Shown in pieces: positions 1 to 11,265 of a DNA stretch of 64,000 nt (its first letter is position 1; each line of letters begins with the position of its first letter). The notes beneath the pieces are model-generated. The model was not told the origin of the DNA and did not search any database. It saw nothing but the letters and a program-made list of their open reading frames with translations. The stretch comes from Oculina patagonica (Eukaryota), in contig NC_135761.1 of assembly GCF_052425735.1 (NCBI RefSeq), forward strand, positions 36,952,001-37,016,000, in the 5' to 3' direction. A program made the position numbers and the translations under genes.

Positions 1-2195
1 GCAATTTCATGCAAACAGCCAAACCCTTCTTTAGTAAGATCAGCTGCTACGAGAGGGAGACATTGGGGTTTTCGGTATTGGACAATTTTTCATGTGTTAT
101 TTCGGTAATAGCGGTATTGGGCATGCGGTATTCTTTTACATGTGGTATACGTTTTCTTATCGTTTTGGTCAAAATAACCGGTATAGAAACTTATGCTTCA
201 CATGTTTTTGAACCATTTTTACCCGTTTTGGTTGTTTCAGAGGCAAGCTGAAACAACCTTATTTTGTTAAACACTTTTATCTACAATTTGACTGTTTTAA
301 CCAGTCGTGTCATTGTTCTCATGCTACCATCGCTTGATTTCACCTCGCTTTTTGCTTTCACTTTAACAATTCCGCCATTTCTTTTTTATATTTTGAAATT
401 GTAGTATTTGCCAATCATTTTTGGGTTGTGTGGCATTAATTGCAGATTTTTGTTTTTGCACTAATGCGGTGTGTGCTTAGCACCCCCTTTCAATGTCTTC
501 CTCCTACTATTGCATAGAATTGTCACTCAGCATCATTATAGTTAATACTCCTCTTCTTTGGTCATCGTAGCTAAAAAATAACAAGCAAACTGCGATGATA
601 AACTAGCCAGGGTCGTAGCTAGTAAGAGTCAATACGAGGTACTTGACTCGTCTAGATTTTTACCCGAAAAATACAAAACAAAATACGTGGTTGGTAAAAT
701 AATTCCTAGTTCAACGAGATTTTTTAATGAAAATGCACTATGTCAAAATGGATGTCAAAATTGTCTGGGGACCATGTCCCCAGATCCCTCAAGCGGCTCA
801 CGCCTTTCACAATCACAAATTTTGCCCCGTCTATGTCAAAAATCTGGTTACGGCCCAGCTAGCCTGAGTAAACTGACGTATCTCATCAATTTAAAAGTGT
901 GTTGAACTTAACAAGAAAAAGATGTCTCGTACATTAAAAAACAAACCGCGAGTAAGAACTAAATATTTAACTTCTAGGCTAAAATTTGCCAATTAGACCC
1001 CCTCTTTGTTATAAATGAAGTGAATATTGTTCATACTGGTGTATGATAGGAATGAACGACTGCTAGTCGAAAGACTAGCAGTATTGCAGTCAAAAGGTCA
1101 CGATCAACATATCAAAGCGATTCTATCGTGAGACAAACAAATCAACGTTCATTCCAAGATACCTTTTTATAATGAGTAATTAAGCCTCAACTGAATTTAC
1201 ATGTACAAACAGTTAGGTTGTTATTGACCATTGCTTAACGTTTTGTAAAATAGGATAAGTCTGCATCCTTTTTGGAGATACGTAACCTAGAAGCCTTATC
1301 ACTCCAGTTGCATTATAAGGCCAAAGTCAAACACCGATTAAAGTACTCATCATTGCAAAAACTAAGTTTTTGCAAATTTAGTAGGGTTTAGTTCCAATGT
1401 GAAATATACGTTTGTTTCATAATATCAAGATGTATTGTTTAATGTTGCAATTATTTAATGAACTATAGCTAAATTCATAAAATTCTAGATCTTTCTTGAT
1501 CTTTCCGTTATTGTAAAGATCAATCGTTATTTTAAGGCTTGTCTAACTATAGAGTTTTTTATCCTTTTGGTGTAGGTATTTTAGATAACTTAGAACGTTC
1601 TTATTTATATAAATATTCAGAAGGAATTTACCAAGTACAGCTCTGCATGCAATATTGGATACCTTGTTATGTACTTCTAAGTATCGTGTACAAAACTACA
1701 AGTCAGTTTTCACAAAGGCACCCCAAACTTCACTGTTGTAGGTTAAGGTTGGTTAGATCTTTGAGAAAAGAGCTTTACATGCTATTACAGGTTTTAGTTT
1801 ATTGAAATCCGTGTGCCGTCTTAGACTAAAGAAAGCATGAAGAGCTTTTTGTCTTAGGTGATCAAGTGAGAGTGTAAAGATGAGATGCAAAACCCTAAAC
1901 ATGAATAGTCTTAAACAATAAATATCCTCAGCATTCGTTATCCCCTACATATAAACCCATTACATGGGCTATTATAATAACCTTGTAAATCATAGAAATG
2001 AGCTGAAGTGGAAAGTTATTGCCCGAAATAAAAAGGACGTGTTAAAATTAGCAGGCTTACGTTTTGTTTAAAACACTGATGATAGAACTGATATTTCATT
2101 ACAGTTTAAAAGTTAAAGATGCTACCCACAAACGGAAAGCCACGACCCTGGGCATGTCAACACACCATCCTTCATTTGCTGGTTGGCCCTCAAAA

Positions 2196-2660
2196 TATCA
2201 GGCCCAGAAACGCTCCGGGAAGCCAAATCCACTAGCCGGGGGCCCAGACATGCAGCCAAAGTGCAACCCGGGAGTTGGGGGCACCAGTCGGTAGCTTTTG
2301 GGCCCCCAATAATTATCAGGCCCAGAAACGCTCCGGGAAGCCAAATCCACTAGCCGGGGGCCCAGACATGCAGCCAAAGTGCAACCCGGGAGTTGGGGGC
2401 ACCAGTCGGTAGCTTCTGGGCCCCATTATCAGGCCCAGAAACGCTCCGGGAAGCCAAATCCACTAGCCAGGGGCCCAGACATGCAGCCAAAGTGCAACCC
2501 GGGAGTTGGGGGCACCAGTCGGTAGCTTCTGGGCCCCCAATAATTATCAGGCCCAGAAACGCTCCGGGAAGCCAAATCCACTAGCCGGGGGCCCAGACAT
2601 GCAGCCAAAGTGCAACCCGGGAGTTGGGGGCACCAGTCGGTAGCTTCTGGGCCCCCAATA
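2196..2660. repeat. GC-rich tandem repeat, ~118-bp unit, 4 copies
   Basis: The unit TATCAGGCCCAGAAACGCTCCGGGAAGCC...GGGCCCCCAATAAT starts at 2196, 2314, 2427 and 2545 (periods 118/113/118). Confidence 0.95.
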
Positions 2661-3050
2661 TCTGTTCGATTTTCCAAGAACCTGGCGCCCAAGGTCCAAA
2701 ACAGCCCGGGGCTAGTAAAATTCCCCAGGCCTCCCCCCAGGCTAGGAGGTTGTCACCCCAGGAGCCCAGCTGGCAGCTGCAACACCGGCCGGGTGCCTTC
2801 TACACAGGGAAGCCTGCACCGGTGTCATTCAAAATATTCACAGACTACACAGGTGCATTCCAAGTTCACACAAAATTTCTCAAAGGGGCATGAAGCAAGC
2901 TAGGCCCAGCGGTCAAAAGTGACACCCTCCCCTCCCCCCAGCTTTTGACGGCTACCCCCCAGCTGGACACCAGCAGAAAGCCCAAGGCCTGGGCAAGGTC
3001 CCCATACCACGGTTGACGTCAAGCCCCCTCAAGTTAAGGTTGCTGGCTAG

Positions 3051-3102
3051 GCTTGAACTCGGGCTGCGCCCGAGTTCAAGCGAAAACCTGGCAGCCAGGT
3101 TT
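3051..3102. other. Two adjacent perfect hairpins at the end of the GC-rich segment (possible element terminus)
   Basis: GCTTGAACTCGGGC-tgc-GCCCGAGTTCAAGC (14-bp stem, 3051-3081) and AAACCTGG-cag-CCAGGTTT (3084-3102). Confidence 0.85.
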
Positions 3103-3248
3103 CTGCGAATTCTCTGAGATATATACATATACAAATAAACAAACAGAAATTTTTATGAAGCCATGAAAGCCTTAGAAACAGAAAGAAAGATGTAAATAAA
3201 TTACAGAAGGCTTTCGACACACGTCTCTGAAATGAAAGAAAAATTACA

Positions 3249-3320
3249 TGCCCCGAGCAGGATTCGAACCCACGTCTCCCTGTTACTAGCCAGGTGTGAT
3301 ATCCACTACACCATTGGGTC
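3249..3320 (-). ncRNA. tRNA-derived (Thr-AGT-like) sequence, probable SINE head or pseudo-tRNA, copy 1
   Basis: The minus strand reads GACCCAATGGTGTAGTGGATATCACACCTGGCTAGTAACAGGGAGACGTGGGTTCGAATCCTGCTCGGGGCA. It has an A box, a B box (GGTTCGAATCC) and a CTAGTAA loop, but mismatched acceptor and anticodon stems. Confidence 0.7.
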
Positions 3321-3329
3321 ACCTCGCTG

Positions 3330-4118
3330 GATACGGATGTTTCGATCTATAGAAACTTTTCTGTTTCTCAGTTAGATTGTATCACTTGGGATTTCCCCGC
3401 GGCCTGCTCTTTCTGAAATCTATTATAACAGGTTTCCATTCTAGGCTAACTTCGTGCATGAGTACATTGTTCTCCTCAATTTCATTATGGAGCCAACCGG
3501 CTTCGTGAATAAACTGAAGGGCATCTGCTATTTGTTTAAAAATTTTTTCAAGCTTTTCAAAGACGATTATTTGATGCTTAACTGCCTTACTTCATGAATA
3601 CGACTTACTGCCCTTACCATAAAACTGGGTTATCATTAAATAGGGCATTTCCTTGGCGCAAATGCCCAAAACAATTGGTAAGTTCGGATGGTGATTTTTT
3701 TGAAGCACCAAAATTACTCCAGTTTCTTTTCTGACTTCATACAAGTCGTTCCTCTTGAACTCCCTTACAGCTACAAGACACGAGCTTCCATTGTAGTGCA
3801 TTAGGTGTGTAACTCTGTACGTTCCCTCACCCAGCACTATGTCTTTATCACCGGAGCAGGACAGAAGCGCACAATTCAATTCGGGCACCGTAACTGACCT
3901 GGTCTTTTGGCTTCCAGCATGCACATCTCTTCTACTCGGAAGGACAGCCGATCGACGATTTGGCGTAAGAAAAGTTGTGCGAGGATTCCTGCTAGCAACC
4001 ATTCAAACAATGGTGTGGGCTCTTGTTGGTATTTGCCGCGACAACTGACCAGCGTTCCGAGGAGCCACAGCTGATGACAGTTTTGCTACATTGCAAGGAT
4101 TGCAATTGGTCGATACTT
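3330..4118 (-). pseudogene. Protein kinase relic (subdomains I-VII), copy 1
   Basis: LGEGTY, VAVREF, HHPNLPIVLG, LQFIHEAGWLHNEIEENNVL and IIDFRKS; contains in-frame stops and is truncated before APE. Confidence 0.8.
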
Positions 4119-4129
4119 CAAAAATTATT

Positions 4130-4560
4130 TCTTCTTGTTACTGGCCTCCTCATTTAGGTAGCGCCAACAAATCATGGTATGCCCATTCTTTAAATATCAG
4201 CCCTTAGTTATGTGTTGCTCATGTAAAAAGCCCCATGGGGAAGTGTCACCAAATTATAAAAAATCTATTTTCGCCACCATCTTACAGTATTGGCCTTGCA
4301 AACAGCTTTGTTGTAAGATGAAAGAACAGTTGCTGACTCATTGTTTGTGGAGCAACGACAGAACATGATAAGGTGGCTAAAGCCATCAATGCAGTGATGG
4401 GGCAAGGGATAGAGTAAACATGTCGCTGAATTGCTGGCCTCTTTCATGTCGTCACAGAGGGATCTAAGTCATGTATAGGAGAAGTAACATGTTAACACAG
4501 ATACGAATACCTGCAGGAATTCATTCGCATTTGTCCTGTCTAATCACTCACCAAGAAAAG
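4130..4560 (-). pseudogene. Degenerate DDE integrase-core transposase (IS3EU-like), copy 1
   Basis: Across frames: AIQRHVYSIPCP / HHCIDGFSHLIMFCRCSTNNESATVL / DGGEN. This matches the RRxYSVPxP...HGGIDGFSRLI..L.CSTNN.A.TVL...DxGGEN integrase-core pattern. Confidence 0.65.
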
Positions 4561-4678
4561 AGAAGAGGCCTGAATTTGCTTGACTTCTAAGTTTAAGCAC
4601 AAGTTTGTCTCTTGATACGTTAATATATTTTTAAATACTAAGATACTGCTTCCCTCGCCAGTTAACTTGATACTTGGA

Positions 4679-4933
4679 AGATGGCGCAGTGGTGAGAGCG
4701 CTCGCCTCCCACCAATGTGGCCCGGGTTCGATTCCCGGACCCGGCGTCATATGTGGGTTGAGTTTGTTGTTGGTTCTCGTCCTTGCTCCGAGGGTTTTTC
4801 TCCGGGTTCTCCGGTTTTCCTCCCTCCACAAAAACCAACACCTCTAAATTCCAATTCGATCGGGAATCCGAGGGACACAGGTTTGTCAGTCGAAAGACTG
4901 TTATGTGCAACCCTCGTTAAACAAAGTTGATTT
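4679..4933 (+). mobile_element. tRNA-derived SINE inserted only in repeat copy 1
   Basis: A box TGGCGCAGTGG and B box GGTTCGATTCC, followed by the body TGTGGGTTGAGTTTGTTGTTGGTTCTC...TCCGGTTTTCC. It is absent at the homologous site in copy 2 (~7958-7975). Confidence 0.9.
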
Positions 4934-6665
4934 ACTCCCTAAGATTTAACACTGCTGATGGATTAACTGGCAATGCGTTCAGAACCTTTTGCATAAGTCC
5001 CCTCATTTGAACTCTTTGTCTGATGTCTTTTGCACGGCATGGGCTATGTTGGAGTAGAAGTTTGGAACAAGAGGTAACAGAGAACGTGCAGCTGGATCCT
5101 CCTCAACTGCTGGGCTGTCATTAAAAAATGGGGCATCTTTGTCAGATTCCTGCAACAAATAGAATTTAATTTACACATATTAGTTTCAAATATTACTCTT
5201 TCTAAAATATTAAATTATGGAGTTTCATAAAATTACTATAACTGTTATAATTATTAAATAATTATAACTCTTTTACATTCATTTCTTTTAGGTAAGAACT
5301 TTTAATCACACGCAACCTTGCTTTCTCTCATAATGGACCTCCAATTGTATCCAATGGCCTTATTCAAAAAAAGACCTTTCACAACTCAAACATGATTTCG
5401 TACATGTGTGGATGAAAAATTTATCCTTACTTTATATAAAGAAACAAGTTTTCAAACGAGTTATCCTACCACTTTAAACCCGGCATTCCAATAAAAGTAA
5501 AACTAGTGGTAACCACAGGTTAGAAAATGTGGACCTAGATGCACCTTTCTTCACCTCCATGTGAGAGAAGCGTCAATCTTAGTTGACAAACTGAATGTTA
5601 TTGACACTTTCTTCGCATTCTAATCGAAAAAATTCTCAACTTCTTGTTTGAACAACACATTTTCGAATCCTTTTTTAATGTTGAAGAACAAATAACTTAG
5701 GTCACCTTATTTTCACGCCGGAAATTATTCCGACAGGTCGCGAAAATTTCTCAGAAGTGTCGATAAATTGCTGGACAAAAGACAATTACTATTCCAAGTA
5801 ACGCGTCACGCAAGGAATGCATGATTTAATCGAGCATGCGGTGTACCTGGTCGGTGTAATCGAGATGTGATCTTGTTTGGTCGGTGAACTCGCTATGTTA
5901 TCAATGTGATCAGAAATCATTCGTTTTGCCGTGGTTTATCTGTGATACAGTCATAGTAAATCTTCTCAAAACCAATGCCTAAACAACGTCGGCCAAACGT
6001 AGGTCCAATCTTCCATGTGACAGAAGCATTGATCTTATGTGACAAACAGTTAAGATTGACTTATGTTTCGCATTCTAATCGTTCTTGAATAACAGATTTT
6101 CAACTTCCGATGTTTCAACAAACTGTTGTGATTGACACATTTTTCGCATTCTGATCGTTCTTGGTGGAAGAACAAAATTTTCAACTTCCGCTTTGCAGCT
6201 AGCCTTTATAAACGTGGTGCGCACGCGTTATACGCAATCCGCTGGTCACTGTCAAGATTAGGGTTGCGGGCCTCTCTTGGGCCCGCAATTAGCTGTCCAA
6301 AGCATGGCTGTCTGTTGACAGTTTAAGTCCCCACCAAGTCTTTAAAACACAAAAATTGAACACCCCCATCGCCTGTTCTTTTTTCTATTTTACAATCTAC
6401 TACACACAATACAAATACATCATGTATAATTAAGATAACTAAAAACAAACAAACAAAAAGCCGTGGAGAAGGAGACAACCGAAAGCGCAATGGCACCATA
6501 CTAGGGATGTCCCCACTTATTAAAATTTAAGATAAATATATACATATACAAATAAACAAACAGAAATTTTTATGAAGCCATGAAAGCCTTAGAAACAGAA
6601 AGAAAGATGTAAATAAATTACAGAAGGCTTTCGACACACGTCTCTGAAATGAAAGAAAAATTACA

Positions 6666-6737
6666 TGCCCCGAGCAGGATTCGAACCCACGTCTGCCTGT
6701 TACTAGCCAGGTGTGATATCCACTACACCATTGGGTC
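6666..6737 (-). ncRNA. tRNA-derived (Thr-AGT-like) sequence, copy 2
   Basis: Near-identical to 3249-3320. Confidence 0.7.
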
Positions 6738-6749
6738 ACCTCGCTGGAT

Positions 6750-7401
6750 ACGGATGTTTCGATCTATAGAAACTTTTCTGTTTCTCAGTTAGATTGTACC
6801 ACTTGGGATTTCCCCGCGGCCTGCTCTTTACGTTGTTCTCCTATTTGTTTAAAAAAAATTTCAAGCTTTTCAAAGACGATTATTTGACGCTTAACTGCCT
6901 TACTTAATGAATACGACTTACTGCCCTTACCGTAAAACTGGGTTATCATTAAATAGGGCATTTCCTTGGCGCAAATGCCAAAAACAATTGGTAAGTTCGG
7001 ATGGTGATTTTTTGAAGCTCCAAAATAACTCCAGCTTCTTTTCTGACTTCTTACAAGTCGTTCCTCTTGAACTCTTTTACAGCTACAAGACACCAGCTTC
7101 CATTGTAGTGCATTAGGTGTGTAACTCCGTACGTTCCCTCACCCAGCACTATGTCTTTATCACCGGAGCAGGACAGAAGCGCACGATTCAATTCGGGCAC
7201 CGTAACTGACCTGGTCTTTTGGCTTCCAGCATGCACATCGATTTGGCGTAAGAAAAGTTGTGCGAGGATTCCTGCTAGTAGCCATTGAAACAATGGTGTG
7301 GGCTCTTGTTGGTATTTGCCGTGACAACTGACCAGCGTCCCGAGGAGCCACAGCTGATGACAGTTTTGCTACATTGCAAGGATTGCAATTGGTCGATACT
7401 T
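6750..7401 (-). pseudogene. Protein kinase relic, copy 2 (internal deletions)
   Basis: GEGTYG, VAVKEF and HHPNL are present; most of the catalytic-loop region is deleted near 6830. Confidence 0.75.
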
Positions 7402-7414
7402 CAAGAATTATTTC

Positions 7415-7850
7415 TTCTTGTTACTGGCCTCCTCATTTAGGTAGCGCCAACAAATCATGGTATGCCCATGCTTTAAATATCAGTCCTTAGTTTTGTGTTG
7501 CTCATGTAAAAAGCCCCATGGGGAAGTGTCACCAAATTATAAAAAATCTATTTTCGCCACCATCTTACAGTATTGGTCTTGCAAACAGCTTTGTTGTAAG
7601 ATGAAAGAACAGTTTCTGACTTATTGTTTGTGGAGCAACGACAGAACATGATAAGGTGACTAAAGCCATCAATGCAGTGATGGGGCAAGGGATAGAGTAA
7701 ACATGTCGCTGAATTGCTAGCCTCTTTCATGTCGTCACAGAGGGATCTAAGTCATGTATAGGAGAAGTAACATGTTAACACAGATACGAATACCTGCAGG
7801 AATTCATTCGCATTTGTCCTGTCTAATCACTCACCAAGAAAAGAGAAGAG
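7415..7850 (-). pseudogene. Degenerate integrase-core transposase (IS3EU-like), copy 2
   Basis: HHCIDGFSHLIMFCRCSTNNKSETVL (ORF 7548-7730). Confidence 0.65.
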
Positions 7851-9711
7851 GCCTGAATTTGCTTGACTTCTAAGTTTAAGCACAAGTTTGTCTCTTGATA
7901 CGTTAATATATTTTTAAATACTAAGACACTGCTTCCCTTGCCAGTTAACTTGGTAATTGGAAGAGCAATTGACTCCCCAAGATTTAACACTGCGGATGGA
8001 TTAACTGGCAATGCGTTCAGAACCTTTTGCATAAGTCCCCTCATTTGAACTCTTTGTCTGATGTCTTTTGCACGGCATGGGCTATGTTGGAGTAGAAGTT
8101 GGAACAAGAGGTAACAGAGAACGTGCAGCTGGATCCTCCTCAACTGCTGGGCTGTCATTAAAAAATGGGGCATCTTTGTCAGATTCCTGCAACAAATAGA
8201 ATTTAATTTACACATTAGTTTCAAATATTACTCTTTCTAAAATATTAAATTATGGAGTTTCATAAAATTACTATAACTGTTATAATTATTAAATAATTAT
8301 AACTCTTTTACATTCATTTCTTTTAGGTAAGAACTTTTAATCACACGCAACCTTGCTTTCTCTCATAATGGACCTCCAATTGTATCCAATGGCCTTATTC
8401 ATAAAAAGACCTTTCACAACTCAAAAATGATTTTGTACATGTGTGGATGACAAATTTATCCTTACATTTCGGAAATGGCTACCATTCTTTGTACCACTAA
8501 CTTTTAAAGAAACAAGTTTTCTAACGAGTTATCATACCACTTTAAACCCGGCATTCCAATAAAAGTAAAACTAGTGGTAACCACAGGTTAGAAAATGCGG
8601 CCCTAGATGCACCTTTCTTCACCTCCATGTGAGAGAAGCGTCAATCTTAGTTGACAAACTGAATGTTATTGACACTTTCTTCGCATTCTAATCGAAGAAA
8701 TTCTCAACTTCTTGTTTGAACAACACATTTTCGAATAGTTTTTTAATGTTGAAGAACAAATAACTTAGGTCACCTTATTTTCACGCCGGAAATTATTCCG
8801 ACAGGTTGCGAAAATTTCTCAGAAGTGTCGATAAATTGCTGGACAAAAGACAATTACTATTCCAAGTAACGCGTCACGCAAGGAATGCATGATTTAATCG
8901 AGCATGCGGTGTACCTGGTCGGTGTAATCGAGATGTGATCTTGTTTGGTCGGTGAACTCGCTATGTCATCAATGTGATCAGGAATCATTCGTTTTGCCAT
9001 GGTTTATCTGTGATACAGTCATAGTAAATCTTCTCAAAACCAATGCCTAAACAACGTCGGCCAAACGAAGTTCCAATCTTCCATGTGACAGAAGCATTGA
9101 TCTTATGTGACAAACAGTTAAGATTGACTTATGTTTCGCATTCTAATCGTTCTTGAATAACAGATTTTCAACTTCCGATGTTTCAACAAACTGTTGTGAT
9201 TGACACATTTTTCGCATTCTGATCGTTCTTGGTGGAAGAACAAAATTTTCAACTTCCGCTTTGCAGCTAGCCTTTATAAACGTGGTGCGCACGCGTTATA
9301 CGCAATCCGCTGGTCACTGTCAAGATTAGGGTTGCGGGCCTCTCTTGGGCCCGCAATTAGCTGTCCAAAGCATGGCTGTCTGTTGACAGTTTAAGTCCCC
9401 ACCAAGTCTTTAAAACATAAAAATTGTACATCCCCATCGCCTGTTCTTTATTCTATTTTACAATCTACTCCATAATTATACCTCATGTATAATTAAGATA
9501 ACTAAAAACAAACAAAGAAAAAGCCGTGGAGAAGGAGACAACCAAAAGCGCAATGGCACCATACTAGGGATGTCCCCACTTATTAAAATTTAAGATAAAT
9601 ATATACAAAAATACAAATACAAATAAACAAACAGAAATTTTTATGAAGCCATGAAAGCCTTAGAAACAGAAAGCTTTCGACACACGTCTCTGAAATGAAA
9701 GAAAAATAACA

Positions 9712-9783
9712 TGCCCCGAGCAGGATTCGAACCCCCGTCTCCCTGTTACTAGTCAGGCATAATATTCACTACACCATCGGGTC
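9712..9783 (-). ncRNA. tRNA-derived (Thr-AGT-like) sequence, copy 3
   Basis: Diverged copy with the B box intact; the acceptor stem GACCCGA/TCGGGGC pairs better than in copies 1 and 2. Confidence 0.65.
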
Positions 9784-9794
9784 ACCACGCTGGA

Positions 9795-10830
9795 TACGGA
9801 TGTTTCGATCTATAGAAACTTTTCTGTTTCTCAGTTAGATTGTACCACTTGGGATTTCCCCACGGCCTGCTCTTTCCGAAATCTATTATAACAGGTTTCC
9901 ATTCTAGGCTAACTTCGTGCATGAGTACGTTGTTCTCCTCAATGTCATTATGGAGCCAACCGGCTTCGTGAATAAACTAAAGGGCATCGGCTATTTGTTT
10001 AAAAAAAATTTCAAGCTTTTCAAAGACGATTATTTGACGCTTAACTGCCTTACTTAATGAATACGACTTACTGCCCTTACCGTAAAACTGGGTTATCATT
10101 AAATAGGGCATTTCCTTGGCGCAAATGCCAAAAACAATTGGTAAGTTCGGATGGTGATTTTTTTGCTGCCCTTACCGTAAAACTGGGTTATCATTAAATA
10201 GGGCATTTCCTTGGCGCAAATGCCAAAAACAATTGGTAAGTTCGGATGGTGATTTTTTTGAAGCACCAAAATTACTCCAGTTTCTTTTCTGACTTAATAC
10301 AAGTCGCTCCTCTTGAACTCCCTTACAGCTACAAGACACGAGCTTCCATTGTAGTGTATTAGGTGTGTAACTCCGTACGTTCCCTCACCCAGCACTATGT
10401 CTTTATCACTGGGGCAAGACAGAAGCGCACGATTCAATTCGGGCACCGTAACTGACCTGGTCTTTTGGCTTCCAGCATGCACATCTCTTCTACTCGGAAA
10501 GACAGCCGATCGACGATTTTGCGTAAGAAAAGTTGTGCGAGGATTCCTGCTAGCAGCCATTCGTACAATGGTGTGGGCTCTTGTTGGTATTTGCCGCAAC
10601 AACTGACCAGCGTTCCGAGGAGCCACAGCTGATGACAGTTTTGCTACTTTGCAAGGATTGCAATTGGTCTATACTTTTTCTGCTCGTTCCTCCGCTCTCC
10701 TCTTACATTCCTTTCTCCTTTTCCTGCATCGCTTCTTGTCTTCCTTGGAATGTCAATTTGATTTCTTGCTTTTCAGTTTGATCCATTTTCTCTCGAACTT
10801 TTCCTTGTTCTTACTTTTCCGTCAGCAATG
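9795..10830 (-). pseudogene. Protein kinase relic, copy 3, with basic K/R-rich N-terminal extension
   Basis: GEGTYG, VAVREF, HNDIEENNVL and IIDFGKS; a ~96-bp internal duplication at ~10070-10260; an upstream K/R/E-rich frame with stops. Confidence 0.8.
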
Positions 10831-11265
10831 TACCTAATACACTCAGTAATTAGATGGCGTATTGAGTTGTCTGATAAGGATTGAGTAACGCAACTTGAGT
10901 TGCGAAGGCTTGCACACGAAGGCTTGCACAATGCAATTCTGAAGTTGAATCAGTTCATCCGCACTTACCATAGTAGCAGTGTTCTGATGATAGATTATTC
11001 TCCAACCATTCTGATTACAAAATTTCTTTAGCTTCTTGTTGACATTTCTAATAGAATCTGTAGGAGGCTTGTTTTAGAGTTGCTTTGTAGTGCCGTTTTT
11101 AGTTAAACGAAATTTCTCAAAAAAGGCATTCATCAAAGTAAGGTCTAAGCACACGTTATTGTAAGCAGGGCGGTAAGTCACGCGCGGACTTGCGCGTAGC
11201 CTCCCATGCAGTCGTTCTTAGGGGCAATCGTGTTTCACTTCTCCCCTAAGAACGATCGCCCCTAA

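Larger units (their letters stand above)
3119..10676. repeat. Tandem segmental repeat, ~3.1-3.4-kb unit, ~2.3 copies
   Basis: Near-identical sequence starts at ~3119, ~6536 and ~9599. ORF-track peptides recur, e.g. 6132/9200, 4174/7457 and 3839/10397. The unit junction lies at 4118/7401, and homology ends at 10676. Confidence 0.95.

Noticed and set aside
2064-2903. Protein-coding ORFs in the GC-rich repeat
   Set aside because: Overlapping ORFs occur in several frames and on both strands, as expected from GC-rich tandem repeats.
3249-3320. Functional tRNA-Thr gene
   Set aside because: The acceptor and anticodon stems are mismatched, the copies diverge freely, and it interrupts a kinase relic.
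3330-10830. Functional kinase gene cluster
   Set aside because: All copies have stops or indels and lack the C-lobe after the activation segment.
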